Assembly (NCBI GenBank): GCA_011049175.1
Contig: DSCJ01000118.1
Coordinates: 16,392 to 80,391, forward strand
From: Bacteroidota bacterium
GTDB lineage: Bacteria > Bacteroidota > Bacteroidia > Bacteroidales > VadinHA17
Length of the DNA: 64,000 nt
Reading direction: 5' to 3'
Shown here: piece after piece, positions 38,087 through 47,733 of the stretch
Layout of the letters: every line of letters starts with the position of its first letter
Position numbering within the stretch: the stretch's first letter is position 1
Notes under the pieces: generated by a model
The model's database searches: none
What the model was told of the DNA's origin: nothing
Seen by the model: the letters and a program-made list of their open reading frames with translations, nothing else
Made by a program: the position numbers and the translations under genes

Positions 38087-39460
38087 ATGGATCATGATGT
38101 TCTGAAAAAGGCCGCCCTGCTGGTGGCCACTTTTGCATCCTTTCTGACTCCTTTCATGGGGTCGGCCCTGAATGTGGCCCTTCCCAGCATCGGTGCAGAG
38201 TTCAGAACCGATGCCATCACACTGAACTGGATTGCCAGCAGCTACCTGCTCTCCACAGCCGTTTTTCTTCTACCCTCAGGAAGAATGGCCGATATCATCG
38301 GCCGGCGGAAAGTATTTACCACAGGCATTCTTCTGTTCATGGCAGGGTCCGCTCTGGCGGCCATTTCGGGCAATGTGGGATTCCTCCTGTTTTCCCGCGT
38401 CATTCAGGGAATTGGAAGCGCCCTCATTTTCGGTACCGGAGTGGCCATTATTTCTTCGGTATTTCCTCCCGGAGAAAGGGGAAAGGCCCTGGGTATCAAT
38501 GTGGCAGCCGTTTATATCGGACTTTCCGTGGGACCCACAGCCGGAGGGATTCTGACCCAATACTGGGGCTGGAGAAGCATTTTCTGGATCACCCTGCCCC
38601 TGGGAGCGCTGGCTCTTTACCTTATTTTCAGCCGGTTGAAATCGGAATGGGCCGAATCAAAAGGTGAACGTTTCGACTGGTGGGGCTTTCTGCTTTACGG
38701 TGCCGCCCTGGTGATGCTGATGTACGGTTTCTCCATACTGCCCGGATGGCCGGGATATGTGTTTTTCGCAGGCAGTATCCTCCTGATGATTCTTTTTATC
38801 CGCCTCCAAAGAATATTGGTTTTCCCCCTCTTTGACACCGGCCTGTTCAGGCGGAACCGGACCTTTGCCTTTTCCAACCTGGCTGCCCTGATCAATTACA
38901 GTGCAACCTTCGGCGTAGGGTTTCTTCTCAGCCTCTACCTTCAGTATATCAAAAACCTTCAGCCCCGGGAAGCCGGCCTGGTACTGCTGGCCCAGCCCCT
39001 GATCATGGCCGTGGTTTCCCCGCTGTCAGGACGTTTATCCGACAAGCTGGAGCCACGGATCGTTGCCACCACCGGCATGGGGCTGTCAAGCCTGGGATTG
39101 CTGCTTCTTGTGTTTCTCAACGAGACCTCCACGCTTTTCTCGGTAGTGGCCATCCTCGTGCTGCTGGGGCTTGGATTCGGGTTTTTTTCCTCGCCCAATA
39201 CCAACGCCATCATGAGTTCCGTCAATAAAAAACACTACGGAGTAGCTTCCGGTTCGGTTGGTACTATGAGAATGGTGGGACAAATGTTCAGCCTGGGAAT
39301 TGTTATGATGATCTTTTCCGTTTTTATCGGCAGGGCAGAAATCAATCCCGTCAACTACCCTGCATTTCTTCAAAGCATGAAAATTTCCTTTTCCGTTTTC
39401 TCTGTTCTGTGTTTCGCCGGTATTTTTGCTTCCATTGCACGGGGGAATTTACGTAAATAA
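38087..39460 (+). CDS. MFS transporter (DHA2/EmrB-like)
   Basis: About 14 predicted TM segments. MFS motif A GRMADIIGRRKVF between TM2 and TM3. Confidence 0.8.
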   Translation: MDHDVLKKAALLVATFASFLTPFMGSALNVALPSIGAEFRTDAITLNWIASSYLLSTAVFLLPSGRMADIIGRRKVFTTGILLFMAGSALAAISGNVGFLLFSRVIQGIGSALIFGTGVAIISSVFPPGERGKALGINVAAVYIGLSVGPTAGGILTQYWGWRSIFWITLPLGALALYLIFSRLKSEWAESKGERFDWWGFLLYGAALVMLMYGFSILPGWPGYVFFAGSILLMILFIRLQRILVFPLFDTGLFRRNRTFAFSNLAALINYSATFGVGFLLSLYLQYIKNLQPREAGLVLLAQPLIMAVVSPLSGRLSDKLEPRIVATTGMGLSSLGLLLLVFLNETSTLFSVVAILVLLGLGFGFFSSPNTNAIMSSVNKKHYGVASGSVGTMRMVGQMFSLGIVMMIFSVFIGRAEINPVNYPAFLQSMKISFSVFSVLCFAGIFASIARGNLRK

Positions 39461-39565
39461 TTTTCTGTATTGATTTTTAATTATTATTAATATATAAATA
39501 AATATTATTAATATATTATTAAGTTTTATTAAGTTTATATTTTATTATATTAATTAATATTTTAA
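39461..39565. repeat. 105-bp block almost devoid of G/C, with phased TTATTAA repeats
   Basis: I count 5 G/C in 105 nt. TTATTAA starts at 39484, 39505, 39516 and 39526 (spacings 21, 11, 10). The 13-mer ATTATTAATATAT occurs at 39483 and 39504. Tandem TATTAAGTTT x2 lies at 39517-39536, and TTAATTAA at 39550-39557. Confidence 0.8.
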
Positions 39566-39599
39566 CCGGTGAATTCCCCCTGGCCGTTAAATGAATTTG

Positions 39600-39607
39600 T
39601 ATCTTTG
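39600..39607 (+). promoter_or_regulatory. candidate -7 promoter box TATCTTTG for the DUF4271-hemD unit
   Basis: TAnnTTTG match lying inside the track ORF 5' end (39591). It is 20 nt upstream of the next in-frame ATG at 39627. Confidence 0.4.
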
Positions 39608-39626
39608 CAGAACAAATCAGGAGAAC

Positions 39627-40826
39627 ATGATTTCACCGCCCCGTATTCCCGGTTACTATGGCGATCTCCCTTCCGACAGGGCCACGAATTCCGGAAACAG
39701 CTTTTTTCTCCTTTCCGTTCAGGACACCACACGAGTTCACGCACCCGACACCCTTCCGGTTGCTGATACCGCAGCCGTTGAAAGCGATACAGTTCCGTTA
39801 CCCGATACCCTACGCACATTTTCCACCACGGAAACGATGCACTTACTCGAGGCGGCCCGCCAGAGGGAGCAGCAAATCGATTCCCTCCGCACAGCCGCCC
39901 GGGTGGTTTCCAGGGTATCTCCTCCAGAAACATACGAAATGGTTGAATCCGGAACCTTGTCCGCAGAACAGGTACTGTTGTACCCTCCCATCACCGGCTA
40001 TTCGCCAGTAAAAACCATCCGGAATATTACAGCCGGACCTGTATGGCAACCAGGCGGGGAAAGCGGGGATACCAGCACATACAAACGCGATATATTCAGA
40101 AAAACGGAAACATACACGGAATATCCTGTTCCGGGCAGGCCCCTGAACAGCAGGGAAACTCAGCCCGCCCCGGCCCTGGAAGCACCCGACTGGATTGTCG
40201 GCATATTGCTGATTTCCCTGATCATCGTGGCATGGATCAGAATATTTTACAACAAGTACCTGGCCTCTGCCTTTACGGGATTATTGCTTTACCAGCAGGG
40301 AAAAAACCTGTTCAGGGAAAAGAATTTGCATTATCAACGATTTTCACTGGGAATGAATGCATTATTTTCCCTAACCGCAGGTCTTTATCTTTACCTCGCT
40401 CACGATTATTTTTCACTCGGATTTCCGGGGCTGAAGGGGTTTCCCGGATTCCTCCTCCTGGCGGCCGGTGTGATGCTGATATTTTTTATCCGTTCCGTCA
40501 TTTGCCGGTTTACAGGATTTTTAGCCAAAGCAGGAGATCTTTTCGCCGAGTACATGCATACCATTATGATGATCAACAAGGTTCTGGGGCTCGTGTTGCT
40601 GCCACTGGTCATCGGATTGCCTTACCTGCCCGGGGTTCTTGTACCATACCTTGTTTACGGCGGGCTGGGATTGTTTCTGACCGCCTATCTGGTTAGAATA
40701 TACAAAGGGTTGCAAATATTTATATTAAACCGGTTTTCAATATTCTGGATGATTTTATACCTTTGTGCGCTGGAAATCCTTCCATACCTGATGATATATA
40801 AATATATCCATTCGCGTGTTCTTTAG
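39627..40826 (+). CDS. DUF4271-like membrane protein with a long low-complexity N-terminal region
   Basis: Start moved to ATG 39627 because of the promoter box at 39600. About 190 aa of P/T/S-rich sequence is followed by 6 TM segments. Family call from memory of the DUF4271-hemD neighbourhood in Bacteroidota. Confidence 0.65.
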   Translation: MISPPRIPGYYGDLPSDRATNSGNSFFLLSVQDTTRVHAPDTLPVADTAAVESDTVPLPDTLRTFSTTETMHLLEAARQREQQIDSLRTAARVVSRVSPPETYEMVESGTLSAEQVLLYPPITGYSPVKTIRNITAGPVWQPGGESGDTSTYKRDIFRKTETYTEYPVPGRPLNSRETQPAPALEAPDWIVGILLISLIIVAWIRIFYNKYLASAFTGLLLYQQGKNLFREKNLHYQRFSLGMNALFSLTAGLYLYLAHDYFSLGFPGLKGFPGFLLLAAGVMLIFFIRSVICRFTGFLAKAGDLFAEYMHTIMMINKVLGLVLLPLVIGLPYLPGVLVPYLVYGGLGLFLTAYLVRIYKGLQIFILNRFSIFWMILYLCALEILPYLMIYKYIHSRVL

Positions 40827-40869
40827 GTTGTTAGAGAATTTCTGATGTCGAACGCTAAAACGAGAAGTT

Positions 40870-41637
40870 TTGAAAATCAAACGGATTTTAGTCTCCCAGC
40901 CCGAGCCAACAACCGAAAAGTCACCTTACTTTGATCTGGCTGAAAAGTATAAAGTAGAAATTGATTTCAAGCCCTTCATTCACGTGGAGGGCATCAGTGC
41001 CAGGGAGTTCAGGCAAAACAGAATTGATATTCTGGGCCATACTGCCGTGATTTTCACAAGCAGAACAGCCATCAATCATTATTTCAGGCTGTGTGAGGAA
41101 ATGCGACTCCAGGTACCCGATACCATGAAATATTTCTGTGTTTCCGAATCCATTGCCTTTTATCTCCAGAAGTATATCGTTTACCGGAAAAGGAAAATCT
41201 TTTATGCCAACGGATCATTCGAGGATCTGAGGGATATTATTGTGAAACACAAGGATGAGAAATACCTGGTACCCCTTTCCGATCAACACAACAACGACAT
41301 TCCGGAAGGGCTGGACAAGTCGAAAATCAAGTATACCAAGGCCATTATGTACCGGACGGTATGCAGCGACCTGTCAGATATCAATACTTCCGAGTATGAT
41401 ATTCTGGTGTTTTTCAGCCCTTCGGGTATCAAATCCCTTCAGAAGAATTTCCCGCATTTCGACCAGAACAGCACCTACATTGCCGCCTTTGGTCCCACCA
41501 CCCAGAAAGCGGTGACCGATTCCGGTCTGCGGCTGGATATTAGCGCCCCCAGCGCTGAAGCACCTTCCATGACCATGGCCCTGGATCATTTCATTGCCGA
41601 AAACCATAAACAGCAAAACTCCTGTAAGAATCACTGA
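40870..41637 (+). CDS. hemD: uroporphyrinogen-III synthase (HemD family)
   Basis: TTG start. MKIKRILVSQPEPTTEKSPYFDLAEKY... is the typical Bacteroidota HemD-like N-terminus. Two-lobed HEM4 pattern (VIFTSRTAINHYF ... VFFSPSGIKSL). Confidence 0.8.
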   Translation: MKIKRILVSQPEPTTEKSPYFDLAEKYKVEIDFKPFIHVEGISAREFRQNRIDILGHTAVIFTSRTAINHYFRLCEEMRLQVPDTMKYFCVSESIAFYLQKYIVYRKRKIFYANGSFEDLRDIIVKHKDEKYLVPLSDQHNNDIPEGLDKSKIKYTKAIMYRTVCSDLSDINTSEYDILVFFSPSGIKSLQKNFPHFDQNSTYIAAFGPTTQKAVTDSGLRLDISAPSAEAPSMTMALDHFIAENHKQQNSCKNH

Positions 41638-41664
41638 TTCCAAACCTCGATCCTTTTTGCCAGA

Positions 41665-41690
41665 AGGGGATGCTGAATCCCCTTTTTTTT
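41665..41690 (+). terminator. Rho-independent terminator after hemD
   Basis: 7-bp stem AGGGGAT/ATCCCCT with a 5-nt loop (41665-41683), followed by eight T in total (41683-41690). Confidence 0.7.
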
Positions 41691-41703
41691 ATACATTAAC
41701 ACA

Positions 41704-42099
41704 ATGAATGCGCGGCTTTTGAAACAGGAACGCCTCCGGAACAACAGGGAAACGGAAACTCTTTTTCTCAGGGGCAGATCCATGGTGTTCTCCGGTTTTC
41801 GTTTTATCTGGACCACCCACCCGCGGGAAGACCCTGCCTTTCCTCCGGTAAGAGTGGCCATGCTTGTTTCGAAACGTATTTTCCGGAAAGCCGCACAGCG
41901 GAACCTGATCAAAAGGCGCATCAGGGAAGCGTACAGAAGGAACAAAATCCTGATAATTTCTTCCGTAAGCCGGAGAAAGTATTGTGTGCACCTGATCATT
42001 TTGTATACCCGCAGGGAAATACAGCCATATTCCCGGATAGAAAAAGATCTGGTCGCCTCCATGAAACACTGGCTGACTGTTTATGAAAAAAATCTTTAG
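41704..42099 (+). CDS. rnpA: ribonuclease P protein component
   Basis: Basic 131-aa protein with the RNR-like motif [17 protein letters not shown]. Confidence 0.85.
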   Translation: MNARLLKQERLRNNRETETLFLRGRSMVFSGFRFIWTTHPREDPAFPPVRVAMLVSKRIFRKAAQRNLIKRRIREAYRRNKILIISSVSRRKYCVHLIILYTRREIQPYSRIEKDLVASMKHWLTVYEKNL

Positions 42100-42304
42100 C
42101 GCCATATTGATCGGGATCGTCCGGTTTTACCAGGTAGCCATTTCCCCCCTTTTCCCGCCAACCTGCCGTTATACACCCACCTGTTCCGCCTATTCCATAG
42201 AAGCAATTAAAAAATATGGTCCGCTGAAAGGAGGATGGCTGGCTCTGAAACGGATCCTTTCCTGCCATCCGTGGGGGGGAAGCGGGTATGATCCGGTTCC
42301 CTGA
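42083..42304 (+). CDS. yidD: membrane protein insertion efficiency factor YidD
   Basis: [59 protein letters not shown]. Overlaps the rnpA end by 17 nt. Confidence 0.9.
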   Translation: MKKIFSAILIGIVRFYQVAISPLFPPTCRYTPTCSAYSIEAIKKYGPLKGGWLALKRILSCHPWGGSGYDPVP

Positions 42305-42430
42305 TTTCCAGCCTTCAGGCCAGGGTTCCTGACATGAAAAATAGTATCCGGGTGCGGTTAATATTTGTTAAAAAACCGCTTACGGCACCGCTTTTCATGT
42401 ACCCCGGGGAAATAATTGCCGAAACCTTCG

Positions 42431-42438
42431 TACTTTTG
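42431..42438 (+). promoter_or_regulatory. candidate -7 promoter box TACTTTTG for the S41 peptidase gene
   Basis: TAnnTTTG match 28 nt upstream of ATG 42467. Confidence 0.4.
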
Positions 42439-42466
42439 AACATTCATTACTTTAATTACCCACTGC

Positions 42467-44173
42467 ATGAAAAAGTTCCGCCCGAATAAAAAAAGAATGA
42501 TCCTGGTGCCAGGCCTGGTCGTGGTGATTATATCGTTTGCCTTTCTCGGTTTTCAGACAAGCCGTGAATTCAAGTACACAAAGAGTCTCGATATTTTCTT
42601 TACCCTTTTCCGCGAGCTGAACCTGTACTATGTGGATGAGACCGATCCGGAAGATCTGGTATATACGGCCATCGATCATATGCTGGAATCCCTGGATCCG
42701 TACACCACTTTTATCCCGGAATCGGATCTGGATGAACTGAATCTGATGACAACAGGGAAATACGGTGGGATTGGCAGTCTGGTGCGTAAAAACGGGGAAT
42801 ATGCTGTTATCTCCGAAATTTACCGGGGGTTCCCTGCAGATGAAGCCGGAATCAGGCCCGGAGATATTATTCTGGAAGTAAACGGACAGTCCATCAGGAA
42901 CATGCCCCTGGAAAAGGTAAGCGACATGCTGAAAGGATTGCCCAACACCTCTGTGGAAATTCTTTTCACACGTCCCGAAACGGAAAAACCTTTCCGGAAA
43001 ATCCTGAAACGTCAGGTCATTCATATCCCCAGTGTCCCCTATGCCGGAATAATCGATGAAGGAATAGGTTACATCCGGCTGAGTAATTTCACCCGGAATT
43101 CTGCCTCCGAAGTAAAAAACGCTTTTCTTTCCCTGAAAAAACAGGCGGACCTGAGGGGCCTGGTACTCGACCTCCGTTCCAATCCCGGAGGATTGCTCAT
43201 GGAAGCCGTGGATATTTCCAATATTTTTGTGGAGAGGGGACAGGAAATAGTCAGTACCCGCGGGAAGGTTGAGCAATGGGATCATACCTACCGCACACGT
43301 TTTACCCCGGTTGACACCGAAATACCCCTGACCATTCTGGTAAACCGTTCTTCAGCTTCCGCCTCAGAAATTGTTGCCGGAGCCCTGCAGGACCTGGACC
43401 GCGCGGTAGTGGTTGGCCAGCGCACTTTTGGAAAGGGTCTGGTGCAAACCACCCGTCCGCTGAGTTACAATGCCCAGCTGAAAGTAACTACGGCCAAATA
43501 TTATATTCCCAGCGGCCGCTGTATTCAGGCTCTGGATTATTCCCACCGGAACGAGGACGGCAGCGTGGGCCATATACCCGATTCCCTCATTTCGGAATAC
43601 CAGACACGGAACGGACGGACGGTATACGACGGAGGAGGCATCAGGCCCGATGCAGAGGTGGAACCGTTTCCCCTGAGCCGCATCGCCTCCCACCTGTATG
43701 TACAGAATCTCATCTTTGATTTTGCCACCCTGTACGCCCTGCACCATCCTGATATTCCCGAACCACGACAGTTCAGTATTTCAGACAGCACATACAGGGC
43801 TTTCGGGAGGTTTATAGAAGACAGAAACTTCGACTACCTGAGTGAAACCGAAGAAACACTGAAGACGCTGATCTCCCATGCCAAAAGGGAAAAGTATTAT
43901 GAACCTGCCGCTGAAGAAATCGCCAGGTTACAGAAAATTATTTCACACAATAAAGAACAGGATCTTATAACGTTCAGGGAAGAAATTGAAAATCTGCTGG
44001 AAGAAGAAATTGCCAAACGGTATTATTATCAGGAAGGAAGCTTTGCTGCCAGCCTGGATCATGACAATCAGATACAGGCGGCTGTTCAAATACTGAATGA
44101 CCGGGCTCAATACGCTTCCCTGCTGCAACCCGATCCGCATCGGGAAATACAAACGGCTTCCCGGCAGAAATGA
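42467..44173 (+). CDS. S41 family C-terminal processing peptidase
   Basis: Signal anchor, PDZ (GGIGSLV...GFPADEAGIRPGDIILEVNG), GLVLDLRSNPGG, catalytic SASASE and FGKG. Confidence 0.9.
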   Translation: MKKFRPNKKRMILVPGLVVVIISFAFLGFQTSREFKYTKSLDIFFTLFRELNLYYVDETDPEDLVYTAIDHMLESLDPYTTFIPESDLDELNLMTTGKYGGIGSLVRKNGEYAVISEIYRGFPADEAGIRPGDIILEVNGQSIRNMPLEKVSDMLKGLPNTSVEILFTRPETEKPFRKILKRQVIHIPSVPYAGIIDEGIGYIRLSNFTRNSASEVKNAFLSLKKQADLRGLVLDLRSNPGGLLMEAVDISNIFVERGQEIVSTRGKVEQWDHTYRTRFTPVDTEIPLTILVNRSSASASEIVAGALQDLDRAVVVGQRTFGKGLVQTTRPLSYNAQLKVTTAKYYIPSGRCIQALDYSHRNEDGSVGHIPDSLISEYQTRNGRTVYDGGGIRPDAEVEPFPLSRIASHLYVQNLIFDFATLYALHHPDIPEPRQFSISDSTYRAFGRFIEDRNFDYLSETEETLKTLISHAKREKYYEPAAEEIARLQKIISHNKEQDLITFREEIENLLEEEIAKRYYYQEGSFAASLDHDNQIQAAVQILNDRAQYASLLQPDPHREIQTASRQK

Positions 44174-44186
44174 ACAACCTGCTGAA

Positions 44187-44210
44187 ATGCCGGCCGCGGC
44201 ATACTTTTAT
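44187..44210 (+). terminator. candidate terminator between the convergent S41 peptidase and moaD-like genes
   Basis: Stem ATGCCG/CGGCAT with a 4-nt loop (44187-44202), followed by ACTTTTAT. Confidence 0.4.
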
Positions 44211-44437
44211 CATCCGCCTGCAAACGGGGGCACCACATCAACCCGGTCATTATCTTCTACCTTCTGATCACCGGAAGCTACGGAGCCATTGACGGTTATC
44301 ACATGTTTCCATTCCGACAGTGATGGGTAACTCTGCAAAAGGTTCTCTTTCAGTTCGGTAAGAGGGCCTGAAAATCTTATCTCCAGCATTTCCGTGCCGG
44401 TGGCTTCTGCCGTTACTCCCCAAAAATATACATGCAT
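44210..44437 (-). CDS. MoaD/ThiS-family ubiquitin-like sulfur-carrier protein
   Basis: 75 aa ending ...RVDVVPPFAGG (C-terminal Gly-Gly), with beta-grasp-like spacing. Lies 42 nt downstream of polA on the same strand. Confidence 0.7.
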   Translation of the reverse strand: MHVYFWGVTAEATGTEMLEIRFSGPLTELKENLLQSYPSLSEWKHVITVNGSVASGDQKVEDNDRVDVVPPFAGG

Positions 44438-44479
44438 CGCTGCGTTATTTAATGATAATATCCTTGGTGAACAGATATT

Positions 44480-47248
44480 TCAGTGCGCTTCCAGCCAGTT
44501 GTTACCCGTACCCATTTCCACTACCAGGGGTACGGAAAGAGGGTATACTCCTTCCATTTCTTTCTTCACCAGATCCCTGAGGGAATCCAGTTCTTCCTCC
44601 CTCACATCGAACACCAGCTCATCATGCACCTGCATGATCATATTCGATTTCATACCCGATTGCCTCATTTTCCGATGTATACGCACCATGGCCATTTTTA
44701 TCAGATCGGCAGCCGATCCCTGGATGGGAGCGTTAATGGCATTTCGCTCGGCATTACCCCTGACCACGGCATTTCTTGATTGAATATCGGGCAGGTGTCT
44801 TTTCCTTCCGAGAAGGGTGGTTACAAAACCTTTTTCCCTGGCATCGCAGATGCATTGATCCATGTATCTCTTTACCCCCGGATACGACTCAAAATAGCCT
44901 TCTATAAGCGATCTGGCATGAGAACGGTCGATGTTCAGCCTCTGGGATAATCCGAAAGCAGAAATGCCGTATATGATGCCGAAATTGGCTGTTTTTGCCT
45001 CGCTGCGCATTTCCCTGGTGACTTCTTCAGGTGAAATTTTATGAATCCGGGCTGCGGTAGCCGTATGAATATCTTCCCGGTTCCTGAAAGCTTCCATCAT
45101 GGCTTCATCCCGGCTCATATGCGCCATCAGGCGGAGTTCTATCTGTGAGTAATCAGCCGATAACAGAACATAATCCTTCCCGGAAGGGACGAATGCCCTT
45201 CTGATTTCCCTGCCCCTTTCCTCACGTATGGGAATGTTCTGCAGGTTCGGATTCTGTGAGCTCAGTCTGCCGGTAGCCGTAATGGTCTGGTTAAACGTGG
45301 TATGCAGCCTGCCGGTATCCGTATGGATCAATCTGGGAAGTGCGTCCACATAGGTGGTCAGCAGCTTTTTCAGTGACCGGTATTCCAGGATGCGGGGAAT
45401 AACCGGGTGTTGTGAATAGAGGTTTTGCAGAATATCTTCTCCCGTAGCATACTGTCCCGATTTTGTTTTTACAGGCCTGTCGGTAATTTTCAGTTTGCGG
45501 AAAAGAATTTCTCCCAGTTGTTTTGGGGAAGAAATATTGAATTCTTCTCCGGCGAGGGAAAAAATTTCCTCCTCCACCCTGCGAATCTCTTTCTGCAGGT
45601 CGATTGAAAATTCTTCAAGTACTTTCCTTTCAATCCGCATACCCGCTCGTTCCATGTCGGTCAGTACATGGATCAGAGGCATTTCCACCTCTGAGGACAG
45701 GGGGATCATTTTTTCCTTTTCCAGTTCCTTTTCCAGTATTTCCCTGAGGCGGAATGTAATATCGGCATCTTCGCAGGCATAATCCCTGATCTTTTCATGT
45801 GGAACATCCCGCATAGATTTTTGAGACCGGCCTTTTTCCCCTATCAGGTCTTCAATAGATACAGGGTGGTAATTCAGATAGGTTTCCGCCAGGTAATTCA
45901 TATTATGGCGCCCTTCGGGCTGAAGCAGGTAATGTGCCACCATGGTATCAAACAGTGGCCCAGTAACCCTTATGTCGTAGTTGCGCAGTACCTGGATATC
46001 AAACTTGCAGTTCTGACCTATTTTCTTTACGGAATCGTTTTCAAACACATCCCGGAACAGGGCAAGCATTCTGACAGCCTTTTCACGTTCGGCGGGCACC
46101 GGCACATAAAAAGCCTCATGTGGCTTCCAGCAGAAGGACAGACCCACCAATTCTGCTTCATACACATCGAGGGAAGTGGTTTCTGTATCAAAACAGAATT
46201 CCTTCAGATATTTCAGTTCCTGCACCAGCTTACCCAGGGATTTTTCATCCTCAACCAGCACATACCTGTGTAATGTATTTGACAGGGAGTTTTGGTTCTC
46301 CCTCAACAGGGCATTCTCATCAAAAAGGGTGGAAAAGGTGGCGGCAGACTGGCCGGTTTCCCTGATACGACCCAATACGCGCTCTGCCATGTTTCTGAAT
46401 TCCAGTTCCTGGAAAAGAGCAGCGAGAACTTCCGGATCGGGAGGATCAATCATTAAATTTTTCTCTTCCAGCTGCACTGGAACATCAGTGGAAATCTTAG
46501 CCAGGCGGTAAGAGAGCTCCACCTGTTCCCGGAAATTATGAAGGATTTCTCTTTGCCGGACGGTCAGCTGGTCCAGGTTTTCAAACAGCGAACGGATGCT
46601 TCCGAACCTGCCTATCAGCTGTTTCGACTGCTTTTCTCCGATCCCTGGGGCGCCGGGGATATTGTCTGAGGAATCGCCCCACAGGGCAAGAATATCAATC
46701 ACCTGTGAGGGAGAGGACACCGCAAATTTTTCCTTCACTTCCTCCGGCCCCCATACTTCAGCTCCCTGGCCAGCCCTGGAAGGTTTGTACATCTTAATCC
46801 GTCCGGTTACCAGCTGCGAAAAGTCCTTGTCAGGGGTCATCATATAGGTTTCGAAACCCTGTTTCTCTGCCTGCCGGGCAAGGGTTCCGATCACATCATC
46901 CGCCTCATATCCGGGAACCTCCAGCACGGGAATATGGTATGCTTCGGCCAGCTTTTTAATGTAGGGAACCGCCCGGCGGATATCCTCCGGTGTCTCATCC
47001 CGGTTGGCTTTGTATTCCGGGAATATTTTGGTACGAAACGATCCTTCCGGATGATCGAATACGATGGCCATGTGGGTGGGGTTCTCTTTTGAAAGAACCT
47101 CCTCCAGTACATTGACAAATCCGAATATGGCTGATGTATTGAGTCCTGCCGAATTCACCATGGGATTCCGGATAAAGGCATAATAGGCCCTGAATATCAA
47201 GGCATAGGCATCCAGAAGGAAAAGCTTCTTTTCAGATGTTTCGGTCAT
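44480..47248 (-). CDS. polA: DNA polymerase I
   Basis: Trimmed to ATG 47248 (MTETSEKKLFLLDAYALIFRAYYAF). 5'-nuclease domain, 3'-5' exonuclease motif FCFDTETTSLD, and pol motifs A LLSADYSQIELR, B RSEAKTANFGIIYG and C MQVHDELVF. Confidence 0.95.
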   Translation of the reverse strand: MTETSEKKLFLLDAYALIFRAYYAFIRNPMVNSAGLNTSAIFGFVNVLEEVLSKENPTHMAIVFDHPEGSFRTKIFPEYKANRDETPEDIRRAVPYIKKLAEAYHIPVLEVPGYEADDVIGTLARQAEKQGFETYMMTPDKDFSQLVTGRIKMYKPSRAGQGAEVWGPEEVKEKFAVSSPSQVIDILALWGDSSDNIPGAPGIGEKQSKQLIGRFGSIRSLFENLDQLTVRQREILHNFREQVELSYRLAKISTDVPVQLEEKNLMIDPPDPEVLAALFQELEFRNMAERVLGRIRETGQSAATFSTLFDENALLRENQNSLSNTLHRYVLVEDEKSLGKLVQELKYLKEFCFDTETTSLDVYEAELVGLSFCWKPHEAFYVPVPAEREKAVRMLALFRDVFENDSVKKIGQNCKFDIQVLRNYDIRVTGPLFDTMVAHYLLQPEGRHNMNYLAETYLNYHPVSIEDLIGEKGRSQKSMRDVPHEKIRDYACEDADITFRLREILEKELEKEKMIPLSSEVEMPLIHVLTDMERAGMRIERKVLEEFSIDLQKEIRRVEEEIFSLAGEEFNISSPKQLGEILFRKLKITDRPVKTKSGQYATGEDILQNLYSQHPVIPRILEYRSLKKLLTTYVDALPRLIHTDTGRLHTTFNQTITATGRLSSQNPNLQNIPIREERGREIRRAFVPSGKDYVLLSADYSQIELRLMAHMSRDEAMMEAFRNREDIHTATAARIHKISPEEVTREMRSEAKTANFGIIYGISAFGLSQRLNIDRSHARSLIEGYFESYPGVKRYMDQCICDAREKGFVTTLLGRKRHLPDIQSRNAVVRGNAERNAINAPIQGSAADLIKMAMVRIHRKMRQSGMKSNMIMQVHDELVFDVREEELDSLRDLVKKEMEGVYPLSVPLVVEMGTGNNWLEAH

Positions 47249-47258
47249 TATTCGGTTT

Positions 47259-47711
47259 TTATTCTCCGTTATCTCCGGCATACCACGAAGCCCAGGAAGA
47301 ATCGGTTTCATGAAGGGTAACATGGTGAAGGAGAACACCGTCGGGAAGTTTTTCCCGGATCCGTACGGCAAAATCGGCGACCAGATTTTCACAGGTAGGC
47401 TGGTAAGGCAGTATTTCCACCCGGTCGAACATTTGTTCCACCTGACTGAGAAATTCGTGAGGTGCCTGACTGTTCACCACCACACTATGGTCAAACCGCT
47501 CAACCACCGTTTTTTTCACAATGTTTTTCAGTATCCCGAAATCGATTACCATTCCCTGTTTGATAGCTTCCGGATCCTTTTCAGGAACACCAATAACGGT
47601 AACCTGCAGTTTGTAACTGTGCCCGTGAATGTTCCTGCACGGACCGTCGTAGTTCCACAGGGCATGGGCCATTTCAAAATGAAATTCTTTCGTAACCCGT
47701 ATTTTCGCCAT
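47259..47711 (-). CDS. queD: 6-carboxytetrahydropterin synthase (6-pyruvoyl-tetrahydropterin synthase family)
   Basis: FHFEMAHAL and CRNIHGHSYKLQV zinc/catalytic motifs. Length 150 aa. Confidence 0.85.
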   Translation of the reverse strand: MAKIRVTKEFHFEMAHALWNYDGPCRNIHGHSYKLQVTVIGVPEKDPEAIKQGMVIDFGILKNIVKKTVVERFDHSVVVNSQAPHEFLSQVEQMFDRVEILPYQPTCENLVADFAVRIREKLPDGVLLHHVTLHETDSSWASWYAGDNGE

Positions 47712-47733
47712 GTTTTTTTCCTCCAGACAAAAA

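Noticed and set aside
40043-40696. 217-aa same-strand, alternative-frame ORF inside the DUF4271-like gene
   Set aside because: The translation is Arg/Gly/Ser-rich with no TM or domain pattern. The main frame gives a coherent six-TM membrane protein.
42452-43285. 277-aa ORF antisense to the S41 peptidase gene
   Set aside because: The plus-strand product has PDZ and S41 catalytic motifs. The antisense product has no recognisable features.
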